This document shows, piece by piece, positions 27,702 through 40,706 of a DNA stretch of 64,000 nt. Origin of the DNA: Epiperipatus broadwayi (taxonomy: Eukaryota > Animalia > Onychophora); assembly GCA_028023455.1 (NCBI GenBank), contig JAQFVV010000001.1, forward strand, positions 14,260,001 to 14,324,000, given 5' to 3'. A program made the position numbers and the translations under genes. Below the pieces are notes generated by a model that ran no database searches, was not told the DNA's origin, and saw nothing but the letters and a program-made list of their open reading frames with translations. Numbering within the stretch: the stretch's first letter is position 1; every line of letters starts with the position of its first letter.

Positions 27702-28890
27702 ATGTATATTATTTATCAGTATGACAAGTCATTTTGTTGTTTTGCAACTGGGGCCATTTTAAATCTTGTGCTCATTTATTTTTGCACAGCATCATGGTTG
27801 TGCAAACTAAATAAAAATTTAAATATCACACTTAGTTACGTGCAGCAGTCATGGTTTTACAAGCTAAATAAAAACAATGCACATATAAACTATTTTTCTT
27901 ACTTTTTTTTTAACAAATAAATTAAAATTGCTTTGAAGTAGTAATTCTACAAAATTTTAGAGAATCTGAAAATTGTTTCATTTAAATTATAAAATAAAAA
28001 TTATTAATTATAAAAGGAAAAAAAAAAATCATTCAGAAATCAGTTTGTTTAACAAGAATAGTTTACTAATGAAAGAATTAAAAATAAATCTTATTTTTCT
28101 ATTGCTTGTGCTTCTAAACCAGTCAGAATTAAATCTACAGTACAAGATAAATTTTTATTGATAATGTGAATATGTACTGTAATTTTTAATCGTGTATTAT
28201 AAGTACGTATGTATCATGTTAAAGCAAGTCTGCATATTATTGATAACTGTAATGTTATATAGTGCTATTTATACAAATATTAATTTTTATTTATGTATTT
28301 TTAAAAATGCAATAATAAAATGTAGAATCAATATTCTTACAAAAATGATAAAAGGCTGCATAATTAGAATAGTGTCTGACCAACCCAAAATAGTCTAGGA
28401 TCTTTATCCTCTAGCTAATATCCATTTGATAACTGAATGACTAGGCAAGATTAGCTATAGGCTAGTTAACTAAAAAATGTCCAACTTTCATTCAGCCTAA
28501 ATTTGAATCCTAATGTGTGAGTATGATAGGAATATACAATGTCAATTATATCATGGCACCTAAAGTTTATCGATCATTACATTATTAACCATTGTTCGTG
28601 AGCATTTTCTCCCCTTGAATCATTGTCTATATAAATGTAAATAATGTTTTAATAAAATAAATTTCAAAATATACTTGCTGCTAATTTTTGAAATATTATT
28701 TCTAGAAATTAGTTCTATTTTAAACAATGAAGATAATAGTTCTAATTTGCTTATATATTAAATGAATTGTTCAGATAAAAATGTTATCTGCATTCTGATC
28801 ATGTTTGTTTACAAATTTTTAATTAATTCTTATCAATTTTTTTATTTTTGTGTTATTTAAATCTTATTTTTCATATATAAATTTTTGCAG

Positions 28891-28953
28891 ATTGAAGTTC
28901 CTCGTGAAAAACTAGTAGATGAACTCAGAAAATATTTTTGTGTAAAAAACTGA
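28891..28953 (+). CDS. HARS: Histidyl-tRNA synthetase terminal coding exon
   Basis: ttttgcag| acceptor. Reads IEVPREKLVDELRKYFCVKN then TGA. AATAAA follows at 29009 and 29023. Confidence 0.88.
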   Translation: MEVPREKLVDELRKYFCVKN

Positions 28954-29692
28954 AATTAAAAATTTAGTTTCTTTTTTTTAAAATTCTTTTCTTGTATTTA
29001 TAAATAATAATAAAAAAAAATCAATAAAATATTAATTTATTTCAAAGATTGAAAGAAACAAAACGGTTTTTTTCTTTTTGTATATAATTATTAAAGGAAT
29101 ACACAAGTTTCTCAATACTTTACATTAAAAACATATAATAATTAAATTTATGAGACATTTTTGTTTCATTTCTGACTTTTACTATATCTTAATAATTTTT
29201 ATTTCATACATTTATATATACCCATTATTATACTTATTCTCTACACTGTTCTCTCTCTCTCTTTATTTTCCAATATTTTCTTATTAACTTTAACATAATA
29301 TGGTATTAATAGAATTATGTCTTTGCAATAAGATGATAGCATTTTATTGTGAAATATATTTAATAAAAATTGATCTTAAAATAGTATATATATGGAAAAA
29401 TCAAAAAATGAAAACAATTTATTTTGAAAACTAATATTAAAATTAGCTAAATTTCTTTTTGAATACAGCAAATAAATAAATTGCCTTATTTTTCTGAGAT
29501 TATTTACAAAATAAATTATTCTATTCTTTGATTTTTTTTTTGTCCTAAAATAGATATAATAAATTACTTACTTTATCTTATTCTAAATAAAGCAAATATT
29601 TACTGTTGTCATTTAATTGATGGAGAGTTATGAATAGTTTATCAATTTTTAAAAGCCATAGTGAAATATATTGTTATAAAATAAAACAAATA

Positions 29693-30680
29693 CACCTGGG
29701 TCTCTTTTTACGCGGACTTATTTAACACGATTTTGAAGTTACGCGATTTTGAAGTTCACCGGAAGTCTAACTCCGATAACGCGCTATTACTTTAAATAAT
29801 AAATTTCACACACTTACGTTACATTGAAAGTAATAGCATATTATTGGAATTCGACTTTCATCTTAGTAATTTCAATATTTTCAGTGCTTTATAATAGTAA
29901 GATTTTATGCAATAATAAAATTATAATCATGATTTCCACATTTTATGTATACACATATTAAATTTTACAAGATTATGATGTAAATTTGTTCAAACATTGT
30001 GCGTGTTAATTTTGCATTTTAAATCACATTCTGTTTTTGCTTTTTAAAAAAGAACGTAATCAATTATTAATCATTTAGTGTCCGCAAGTTTATTTTTAAA
30101 AGGTGAGTAATAGCAGTGAAACGAAATTTGATTTTTAAACAGAATTGAAAATTAAAGACAAAAATAAGAATTTTATTTTTAGTTGTTTTAATTAAATTTT
30201 TCCCAGCAGTGGTGAATAAATGTCTTTTTATTATCGTAAGTCTAAGTTCATAAACAATTAATAAAATCATCATCTCAAAGATTAATTACTAATTACGTTG
30301 TCACCAGAAATCCATTGACCTAACATGAGTGTGAAGTTAGCGCTAGTTGTATTTCCTCAGTTTGCAAACGAACGTGTTTTCGGAAAATATCGATAATAAT
30401 TAAAACGTGTATAAAAAAAATGTAAATTATGCATAAAAATATATTATTTTGAATAAAATTAAATATTATAGTTAAAAAAAGTCCGTCTTCTATCAATTTT
30501 TTTCAAATTTGAAATTTTTTATTAGTCATATTTTATTTCCTTATTTTTTTTTGCGCGAATTTTGAAAAATCACAGACCGCATCCCCCCCTTTTCAATGTA
30601 AGTTACGTCTATTTTTGCACGATTTCATTTGCGCGTGTTTTCTGAGGAACCTATCTATCGCGTAAAACGAGACCCAGGTG
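29693..30680. mobile_element. Non-autonomous Tc1/mariner-superfamily (pogo-like) TIR element
   Basis: TIR CACCTGGGTCTC(T/G)TTTTACGCG at both ends, flanked by TA (29691-92 and 30681-82). No transposase ORF; CpG-rich relative to flanks. Confidence 0.85.
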
Positions 30681-31889
30681 TATTCAATTTTTATGTTTAT
30701 GGATTTTAGCAATATTCTTAAATATATATCATTTATGTTCATGTATGTATTTATCATATTGTACTTCAATAAACCAACAAATATAATATACAGTAGAGTA
30801 CTATTAATTCAGTACTGAGAATAATCAATATTAATATTGCCAATCAAATCTTCAGGCAGAATTCAAATTTTTGCTTTAACGGGCTTTATTAATAATGTTT
30901 CAACAAAGTTGTCATTTACCATCCTATAGTCATAACAACTTCTAGTACATGATCTCAATAATTTATTTTAAATTAATCTAAGTGGACATTAAATTCAAAT
31001 ACTGTCTAAATCAGTATAATACATAACATCAGATATAACAGAGTAAGGCAGCAGAAACAATTTCATAGCTGATGAAACTAGTCCAAACAGAGAAACTAGA
31101 TTTTTTTTTCAGTCGGTTAAGGATTATTTGATTAATAGTATTGAAACCAACTATTAGCATTTGTTATAATTGTTTTTATATTGAAATATATATTATATAT
31201 TTGCATTATTCTTTGTAAATTGTTTTTAAGCTAAAAAGAAAAATTATTTCTATGAATATAATGCTAAATGTTGTATTCATTTATATAATCATTTGAATTT
31301 AAATATAATTCTTAATATCTTTAATCTTCATAATAAATTATTAAAATTGTATGTTCTAAAAAAATGGTTATAGTGTTGAGTAAATGGCAGCTATGACAAT
31401 ATATTAAGCAAAAATCAAAATCCTACATAAAGAAAATTGTTTCCAGTTTGATTGGTCAATTAATGCACAATAGAATTAATATCAGTTTTTGGATACACTT
31501 AAAACTTTCACTCCATCATATTCTTGAATACATATGAATAAAATTTTTTGAAAAATATAAATGACCACATGCATTTCATGCTAAAACTATTTAATTATAT
31601 TTAAAACAGATACTATCTGTGGAAAAAGAGATTAAGTTGAATTATAGTAAAAAACAGATACATTATTTTTTTTATCTGTGATTTAAAGTTTATATCTGGA
31701 ATAGGTATGAATAAATGATTAATAATAATTATTTATGCGAAGTGAATGGTATCAAAATTGTGGGTGAAAAAAAAAAGTGACTTGTATATCAAATTGCATT
31801 AATATCAGCTTTTCTCACTACTGGATTAATGACACTATATCATAATTTCTTAAGATATATATATATATTCAAAGAAAATACATGGACAC

Positions 31890-33420
31890 CAATTATGTTG
31901 TGTTGAAAATGCATTTTATTGAAATCTAGGAAACTTTTCTATATTAATAAAAATTGTTTTACAGATGCATCCTCCTGCCAGACGATGGTGGAATGCTATT
32001 CTAAATCAGTATTTTTCCCAAAATTTGATGGTGCTTAAAAATAAAAAAAATGAAAGAGGAGAAAGAAAATAAAAACCCTAGAAATTCAAATTTATATAAA
32101 AATGCCTCAAACACAGTGATTTGCACCTTTCATTCTGGTCCCAAACACTCAAGATTCCTTAGGGTTTCAAATTACAAAATATACTTATTATATATATATA
32201 ATTTTGAATAAAGGCTATATAAATTCATCAATACCCAAAAAAAAAAAAAAAAAAAAAGGAACAATTTACACATAAAGTTTTCATTATATACACATAATGT
32301 ACATTAAAAAAAAAAAAAAAACTGTGGATTTAACCACATAAATTGGCGCTTCACTTTACAAATTGTAAGGATAAACTCCTACTTATAATCTATACAGTAA
32401 ATATCCCATAGGGCACAATAATTGAGCACAATCAACAATCGTTGATAAAACATTTTACAGAAACTGCTGAGTAAATTGAAATATTCTATTAGTAATGTAC
32501 TTAATGATTGATTAATTTTGCTTTAATAGTAACTACAAATCAGAAACAGTATGACTGGCCATCTGTAGGCAATGATATTATCACAGCTGACTTTTTTATT
32601 TTTATTATCAATATTCATGGATAAATTTGAAATGACACAACAAAGAAAAGGGAGATGTAGAAAAAAAAAAGTAATCCACAAGCCAAATATAAGTGTTAAT
32701 ATTTTATGCATAGGAAGTTGTATACTTTTTTTAAAAAAAATAGTGGTCCAAAAGAATGTGCTATAAGCAAATATTTTGTTCGATTCAATAACCGGATTTT
32801 ATTAATTAAAGTAAACACTGGGAAATTACATATTTAAATTAATTTTTTTTTCTTTTTTTTTATTAATTTGATATAAAAGTGGATTTACCAAAAGAATGGT
32901 AAAAGAAAACAAATATGAGTATAATCACTTTTGAAGTAATCTCTGTAAAAGAAAAGTGAATTAACAAGAAATGGATTTTATAAAATACTATAAAATCAGC
33001 CAGATAAAACTGGTTCTTCATTAATGGTCCATGGATTAACTATGATTCGTACTGATAATATAACATTTTAAATAGTTTTTAACTATTAATATATTTTCCC
33101 TCTTTTGGCTTTTTTTTTTTTTTCCATATCAAATTTGCTAATTAATTTTAATTTCTTTCCCCAAATTTTAGTTGAATAAAAAAAAAAAGTATTTTATTTT
33201 ATTTATAGACATGTGATCAAGGAAGGAACAAAATTACATAAAAACTTTGATAGCCTCTATGTTTATAACAAATATTGGGACTTTATATTTATATACAGAC
33301 AAAGAACAGCAATGATTTTTTTCTGTTCTTGTACTTTTAGAGTAAAATGGGTAGCCACCGTCATGAGTGGAAGGATTGCTTTTGAGATCTCAGGATGTGC
33401 CCCCAGCCCCCCTCATCCCA
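31890..33420 (-). other. Probable MYCBP2 3' UTR (extent uncertain)
   Basis: Lies downstream of the stop codon, has no recognisable transposon, contains U-rich tracts and TGTA motifs on -. Candidate AATAAA at 31915-31920, but other AATAAA-like sites exist. Confidence 0.35.
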
Positions 33421-33536
33421 TTAAAATGTGTGCGCATTTCTGCAGACTCCACAACCTAGAGCAAATTCTTCCCCTGTAGGAGGATGGAGTACATGAAGAG
33501 GACATTCATCTCCATCTAGCTGCTTTGCCTTTGGTC
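33421..33536 (-). CDS. MYCBP2: MYCBP2/highwire terminal coding exon
   Basis: Follows a 79-nt intron; tttcag| acceptor. Reads (G)PKAKQLDGDECPLHVLHPPTGEEFALGCGVCRNAHTF then TAA, the conserved MYCBP2 C-terminus. Confidence 0.97.
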
Positions 33537-33615
33537 CTGAAATTGAAAAGATATAAATTTCTTAATTTGTAATCATCTGGAAAAATAAATATATATATAT
33601 ATATTTTCTACAAAC

Positions 33616-33781
33616 CTGCAGGACAATGAGGCAAGTCAGTTTTGGGAATATTTGTCACTCTTTGGAAATCATCATGACAAGCATTACAAAAATGTGTTGT
33701 TCCAAAACAAAAGAAAACTGCAACAGAACAACAGTAACGACATTTGTACTCCAAAAAATCAGTTCCATGTTTTGGACACAT
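33616..33781 (-). CDS. MYCBP2: MYCBP2/highwire penultimate exon (downstream catalytic Cys)
   Basis: On -: tttacag| acceptor, |gtttg donor. Reads [55 protein letters not shown] plus 1 nt. Confidence 0.97.
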
Positions 33782-34389
33782 CTGTAAAAAAAAAATTATA
33801 ATAAATACCATTTAAACATAAAAAAAAAAGATTAAATTAAAATATGGATGTTTATGCTTAACATTGTAACTTTTCATATCTAATGGAAAAACAGAGAAAT
33901 TCTGTAGTATTTAAAATTATAAAATACATGCATGTATATATGTGTGTGTATACATATTTTTTTTTATTGGTTATTATACATTTAACATTGTATACCCACT
34001 ACTGTATTTTCATCTTAACATTAACATTTTATTTTTTATTAATTTTCACACTATTTCATATCAAAATATAAGAGGTCATTCTGGGAAGTTTTTAACAATC
34101 CAATTATTAGTAATTTTTTAATAATCTTATTATGTGTTTTCCCCCATTTGATTCAAGTGCATTTAATGATCACCTTATAACAATTGTATATTAGTTGCAC
34201 TTTCCTTCCTCTCTTGATAATATTGTTTTTTTTTTTTTAACTCCGGCATAAATATCATTCATTTGGAAATATAATTACTTCATTTTATTAAGATTATATA
34301 AAAATTTTGCTTTATTACACACATAGATTGTTAAATATAATTCGAACTCATAAAATAGTTAACTTGATGTTTTTTTCTATTGTTACATA

Positions 34390-34940
34390 GAATATTTAAA
34401 TACAAGCATAGTATATATACTTTTAAGCCAGATGTAATTACAGGATGACTAAAGGAAGCTTGAAAGTCTGGGTTTAAATCTTTTCTAATTACATCTGGCT
34501 TAAGGGTATATATATTAACTTGTATTTAAATATTACAATTCAACCTGTATTCTGCCCATTCCTTTTCTGTGTATTTAAATAGGCTTGAGGCCTTACATAT
34601 GACAGGTCAGAATGACTTACGGTCAACATAGGTATGATAACAAAAATAGGCAAACAAAGGCTTTGAACATGCCATCATCAGATTTTCAATAGTATGGGTG
34701 GCTGAAAAGTTGGAGGATGGAGTAGATTGAAGCCTGTCCATTAAAGTTTGAAGATTTTCTATCTTAATATAAACTGAGCACTGATTATATATATGTGTGG
34801 GAGATGATCTGGAACCAACTGATGGGTGCTGGTTCAGCACGAAATACATATATTGAATATCATTTATCTTTTTCGCATGTATGTGCTGTGTGCTGGATAA
34901 CTAAAGGGAGCTTGAAAGTTTGGGTCAAATTCTCTCTAAT
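34390..34940. mobile_element. Family F1 insertion (diverged copy): short inverted arm plus 1.1 monomers, 12-bp TSD
   Basis: TSD tattgttacata at 34378-34389 and 34941-34952. 34391-34441 is inverted against 34485-34534. Colinear homology with 7035-7950. Confidence 0.85.
34814..34855 (+). ncRNA. Degenerate hammerhead ribozyme motif (F1)
   Basis: ACCAA CTGATGG GTGCT ggttc AGCAC GAAA TACATA T A TTG. Perfect 5-bp stem II; A9 changed to G. Confidence 0.65.
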
Positions 34941-35984
34941 TATTGTTACATATATATATAAATCCCAAAATATTAACTTTTACATATTCCTGTAGGCAAA
35001 AATGTATGGAATTTAACCAACATAAAAAATATTAATAATATTGATAATTGTTTTTGGCAAATGATTTACATATTAGACCTTATTTCTATAAGATTTGTTT
35101 TATATGATGTCTATTAATTTTCTAAAATAATGAAGATTCTAATACTAGATGGGAATAAACTATAATCAAGGGCATTAACTCTGATAATTACTAAAATATC
35201 TTTGTTATTTCATTGACACAGTCTATTTCAGAATTCCATATTAGAAATAACATCATAAACTCTTTAAAGAACTCTGAAGTTAGAATATCATAAAGTAATG
35301 AAACACTTTAGCATGATGCATGACAACATCACTTGAGAAATTATATTGACACACATTCTTTGCCAAATCTGTTAAAATCAGTATATGTTTTAAGTTTTCT
35401 ATCTATAGATAGATAAAGTTTGGCATTAGAATCCCACAATTAAGAGATGTTTGATTATTGTCTGTAGCTCTCGTCATTGTTGGCACTCTTAAAAATAATT
35501 TATTCCAACATCTCAAAGAATAAATGAATTCTGTAGATTTAGTTTTGTCAACATTTCTAAAATGAAATAATAGCTGATCAAAAAAGTCTCAAAAATCTGG
35601 ATACTACAATACTGATAGATTTTTTTAAAATAAATTTTCTTCAGTATAGAATGCTCTTCAATCTTCTATAGTGTTTTGATGTTATCACATATTTTTAATT
35701 ATATGTAAAGAAAAGTGTTACAATTATTGGTACTTATGTATTAGACCTGCGACATAGGAGTGATGGCATGACTTTTCATATTCAAGATAAATGTCTAACC
35801 CTGCGATCTCATCCAATAATGTGACAAATTTACCTTTCCATTTATTATCCAGATTTCATTGGGACAATTTCTTCTCAAAGTGTTTTTTACTTCAGTGCTG
35901 ATTTACTTTTTCCTATTTTCTGATATATACTACAATTTTTTTTCTTTCAAAGCTGCTGAGTACATCCACACTTTGGACAAGCAA

Positions 35985-36760
35985 TGACATTGTAATGTTC
36001 GAGGATGTAATAATAAAATAGGCCTTTGTAAGGGAATGTAGTTGGAGGGTTCCAGAATTCCATTTTTGATGGCAATCTGATTTATTTACAGCTGGGCTCG
36101 TAAATTAACATCCATAAAATGGGGGAAGACAGCTTGGCTTAGCAGAGAAAAATGTAAAATTGGAGGCCTTAACAAAATCATTGAAATTGATGAGAGCCTT
36201 TTGCACAAAAAGAAAAAATCAAGCTATCAAACAAAATGTGGAAGAGGAAATAACAGTTTATTCAGACTGTTGGGATTGTTTTGTCTGTATTTAAAGTAAC
36301 ATTTGGGAATTGCATAATACCATGTCATATTTAATATTTTTTGTATGAAATTAATATTTTTAGTAGTGCATATTTATTTTTGTTAGAAATTAATATTTTT
36401 AGTATTGTTATTGTTAAAAATGTACTTTTTCAGATTTAGTCTGGTACAATTACTGTCATTTATTAGAATCACTATGCCTTTTCACATACATATTCAGACT
36501 GCCAATAACTTTGTAAATCTTGCAAAAATGTCATGTACACGTGATCCATTTTGACAAATTTATCATTTTAAATGTATACAAGATCCAAGTGTACACGTTA
36601 TTTGGTCAGATCACAAGATTAGAAAGTTACCAGCAGATTGATATGAAAATGAAAAGGCATTGCAGGTCTAATACATAAGTAACCAATTATTACATCTACT
36701 TTGCAAGAATGTGCTTTGCTTATCACAAAAAATGTTTTTTAATTATTAATAAAAATACTT
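35985..36760 (+). mobile_element. Merlin (IS1016/ISXO2-like) DDE transposase relic
   Basis: Decayed motifs in order: HCNVRGCNNKIGLCKG..LEGSR, FIYSWARK, KIGGLNKIIEIDESLLHKKK (from 36156), TVYSDCW (from 36253). Internal deletion; TIRs not identified. Confidence 0.7.
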
Positions 36761-36916
36761 TTCTCTTTAAAAATGTGGCTCCATCTTTCATTTATAAAAA
36801 ATTCAATAAAATTGTTCCCTCCCCTTTTTAAAACTTTTATTTTCATGAATCTATATATATTCTAATATATATATAATCTAATACCAGTATATAAAAATAA
36901 AATTAACCTAGGTAAT

Positions 36917-37500
36917 TTGATTAATACAACAAAAAAGGAAAATGTGAACGGAATTTATATCATTAGATGTTTAGATTATAAGAAAAATAATAAAAATGTA
37001 TCACATATAGGCACAATAAAAAATAAACTAAAAACAAGATTAAAGCAACATTTAAATGATAAGAAATCAAATATTTATATACAAAGTAAGAAATTTAAAC
37101 ATAAAATTATATAAGGAAAGAATGTTAAAAGAAAATTTATAATATATTAACAAAGAAAAACCAGTTTTAAGTAGAACAAATTGCTAAATAATGGTTTTAA
37201 TTAAAAGTAATTATATAAAGAATAACATATAAAGGTTTCATTCATTTGTATAAAATATAATAAAATTGATTTAAAATAATAAAGATTAGGGGGAGGTAGG
37301 TAATAATAATAGTAAAATGTATATAATGAAAAGAAATATATGTAGATGCTAAAGAAATATTATGACTTAAAAATTATATACTTATAATAATAATGTATAT
37401 ATATTTGTAGATCCTTGATACAGAGTACAAAGTAGTAGTCAAAACGTATTAGAATATATATTGATTCATGAAAATAATAGTTTTAAAAAGAAAAAGGGAG
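36917..37500 (+). mobile_element. GIY-YIG endonuclease relic of Penelope-like type
   Basis: ORF reads NGIYIIRCLD...HIGTIKNKLKTRLKQH, matching GIY-YIG..R..EH. An ILDTE segment resumes at 37411. Confidence 0.6.
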
Positions 37501-39693
37501 AGAACAATTTTATTGAATTTTTTATATATGAAAGCTTATTACAAAAATATACAGTTTATAGATCTTTGCAATTAAATCTTCATACTTGAAATGAAACAAG
37601 TTGAATCTACTTTGTATATAAATTTCTAATAAGTTTTTCATTGAATTAATCTATTGAAATGCCTGGCATTGTTAAAAAATGGTAGAGCTCAGATATCAGT
37701 CTGCAGGATTTAAATAGAACAAAATTTATTTTTAAAAAAATTATAAGGTTTATAAATTGAAGAATTATAATCCATGCTACTGTTTTTAGACTCTGTTTTT
37801 CTTCTGCAATGCCAAGTCTTTCAATACCCTAACCAAAATAGAAGTTGCTATAAATATTTATTTACAAAATAGGTTTAAATTGGTTTACTAAAAAGGTATT
37901 AAATCTTCATCCTTGAAGAAAGAAGTTTGAAACAAAGTGTATTTTTATGAAGAAAAATTGCAAAAACATTGCAAGAAATATCTCCAGGGAAATGAGACAA
38001 TTGATCAATAATAAATAAGAATAACTGGGAAGATTTTTAATAAAAAAATAAAATACCTGTTTTATTTAAATATATGAAATGAAAATTTTTTTCAATAAAT
38101 TATTAAGGAAAGCATTAAAGGAAAAGTTGCACTATATTAACACAAAGCATTATTATATTACAATTTTACTTATCTATTGTTTAGTGGAAGTGTTGTGCTT
38201 AATGGTTGGTGTATCACACCATTGCATTCCACTTTCTGTTAACCTTTTTATCTTTTGAATCTTTTAACATTCATGCTATCATTTTTCTTAAAATTATCAA
38301 CTTTTTTTTTATCCTATGTATAGTACTGACTCAAATTTTCTATATTCTTTATCTTTCTGTCTTTCATTTTTTCTTCTGGAGTTTAGAATGATTATATTTG
38401 TTTATGAATGGTTGCTAGTAATAATGGTATATTCATTGACCACAATTTCTTTCATTTCCTAGCACATCAATTCATTTTCTACTATTTAACGTTTTTAAGA
38501 AAATTAAATGAATTACAGTTTGAGTTATACACTTTTATTCTTATTCATCAGCTTTATCTTCTCTAATCCTTTTTTTTTTTCTTAAAGTTTCAGCACTATG
38601 TATAATCACATTACAAATTAAACATTTAACAAACCTAACTGTAACTTCAATGGTTCAAAGAATAACATTTTGCTTTTTAAAAAACTTGTTTAATCATTGT
38701 GATACATTGTTTTTAGTTTCATAATCAAATGAACAACTTCCTTACAAATGAATGAGCCAATAGATAATAGAAGTTAAAATTAAATCATCCATAGCTTAAT
38801 GATCATCCAGGCAGGAGATATTGCTATATTTGTGTATCATATTGTGACCACAATGTATTAGATTATTCAAACTAATATCTTGAAAAGTTTCAATATCCTA
38901 AGATTTTGAAATCAATTTTTATATAGCCATAAAGATCCATAATTAGGTTATTACTGAAGTTATTAATAAAATATGATTATTGAATCAGTTTCAGAATTAC
39001 ATTATTACAGAAGTGAATTAACTTGATGGAACCTGATTTCTATCAGATGTAAACAATCCAAATCATGAAATTTAATAAACTGACTAGAATAAGCATAAAA
39101 AAGAAAAGAAAAAAGATCTGCTTTATCTTTTTCATCATTTGAGTTGATGTCATTGTCCATTTTTATCCTCAAATTTATTATGAACCTATTTATCTACCAT
39201 AGGAATCACCAAGTCTTTAGATTTCAAATTAAAAAAAGCATTTACTCACATGGACATCTATAGTTTTGTGCAAGCAAATCACTAATTTATTTTCTTTTTA
39301 GTCTAATAAGTTGACTATTAATTTTTTTCCTTCCAAATATGAAATGTGCAATTAATTTTCTTATGACAGAAAAAAATTACTTTATTTGTAAGCCATGTTG
39401 AACAATGGGTAATGTAGGAACAAAGAAAATCAACTCAAATCTTGAAAGAAGAATGTTTTAGAAAACATATGTTTTGTTTTCTTCAAAATTAAATCAATGG
39501 ATATTGACTTGAAAGAAAATGAAATAGCTTATGTACCATATTTAGTCCTATATTTTTTAACATCTGCATAGTCACTAGATATTGGATACTGCTAATAATT
39601 TGCCATCTAATGTGGAATTTTAAAACCAGTTGAAAATCAAAATAAAATTGTTATGGCAAAATCACCAACTTAAAAGGTGCTAACAACAATTCT

Positions 39694-40706
39694 CGATAAT
39701 ATGTGTATAAAATGTGATAGTAGGGACCTCTACAGGTGTTTTAACCACAAGCTTATGCTATGGAAGAAAAGAGGGGAACCTTCTTTACTTCAACCTACTT
39801 TCTATTTAAATAGGTGAAGCTGAAGCAGTTAGATCTGCGAGCGTGAAGCTATTCAATACTTCACTGATTGAAGTCCACATTTCTTTTCTTCCATAGCGTA
39901 AGCTTGTGGTTAAAACACCTGTAGAGGTCCCTACTATCGCATTTTATACGCATATTATCGAGGTTATAGCCTCAGAAAATATTACTCACGTAATCAATGT
40001 GCGTTTAATAAATTTATAATTACAACTTTAAATTACTGTAATAGATTTCTAACTATAAAATCTTTCCATTGACTCGTTGTAAATCGAAAGATTTCGCGAG
40101 TATTAATGTGTAATAAGAAATGTGGACTTAATCAGTGAAGTATTGAATAGCTTCGTGCTCGCAAATCTAACCGCTTCAGCTTCACCTATTTAAATAGAAA
40201 GTAGGTTAAAGTAAAGAAGGTTCCCCTCTTTTCTTCCATAGCGTAAGCTTGTGGTTAAAACACCTGTAGAGGTCCCTACTATCGCATTTTATATGCATAT
40301 TATCGAGGTTATAGCCTCAGTAAATATTACTCACGTAATCAATGTGCGTTTAATAAATTTATAATTACAACTTTAAATTACTGTAATAGATTTCTAACTA
40401 TAAAATCTTTCCATTGACTCGTAAATCGAAAGATTTCGCGAGTATTAATGTGTAATAAGAAATGTGGACTTAATCAGTGAAGTATTGAATAGCTTCACAC
40501 TTGCAGATCTAATCGCTTCAGCTTCACCTATTTAAATAGAAAGTAGGTTGAAGTAAAGAAGGTTCCCCTCTTTTCTTCCATAGCGTAAGCTTGTGGTTAA
40601 AACATCTGTAGAGGTCCCTACTATCGCATTTTAAACGCATATTATCGAGGTTATAGCCTCAGTAAATATTACTCACGTAATCAATGTGCGTTTAATAAAT
40701 TTATAA
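39694..40706. mobile_element. Family F2 multimeric insertion: inverted 190-bp arm plus 2.4 tandem ~343-bp monomers, 13-bp TSD
   Basis: TSD taacaacaattct at 39681-39693 and 40707-40719. Monomer starts at 39884, 40229 and 40571. 39694-39883 is inverted. Confidence 0.9.

Noticed and set aside
27435-27920. Longest ORF in the track (161 aa)
   Set aside because: Runs over tandem tRNA-like repeats and gives internally repetitive peptide with no recognisable domain.
31065-31100. CTGATGA...GAAACTAG hammerhead-like relic
   Set aside because: No stem II pairing and U16.1 is missing; at best a decayed F3-like fragment.
31965-32072. Acceptor-like tttacag followed by a 35-codon frame (possible alternative HARS last exon)
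   Set aside because: No HisRS similarity, lies past the HARS poly(A) signals, and is more simply the antisense of the MYCBP2 3' UTR.
38200-39600. Possible hAT transposase relic (CLIC and TID motifs on -)
   Set aside because: Motif order is inconsistent with BED-then-DDE and the matches are very short.
39860-40140. CTGATT(G)AAGTCC...CGAAA as a hammerhead in F2
   Set aside because: Non-canonical core, no stem I pairing, and on the strand opposite the inferred RNA.
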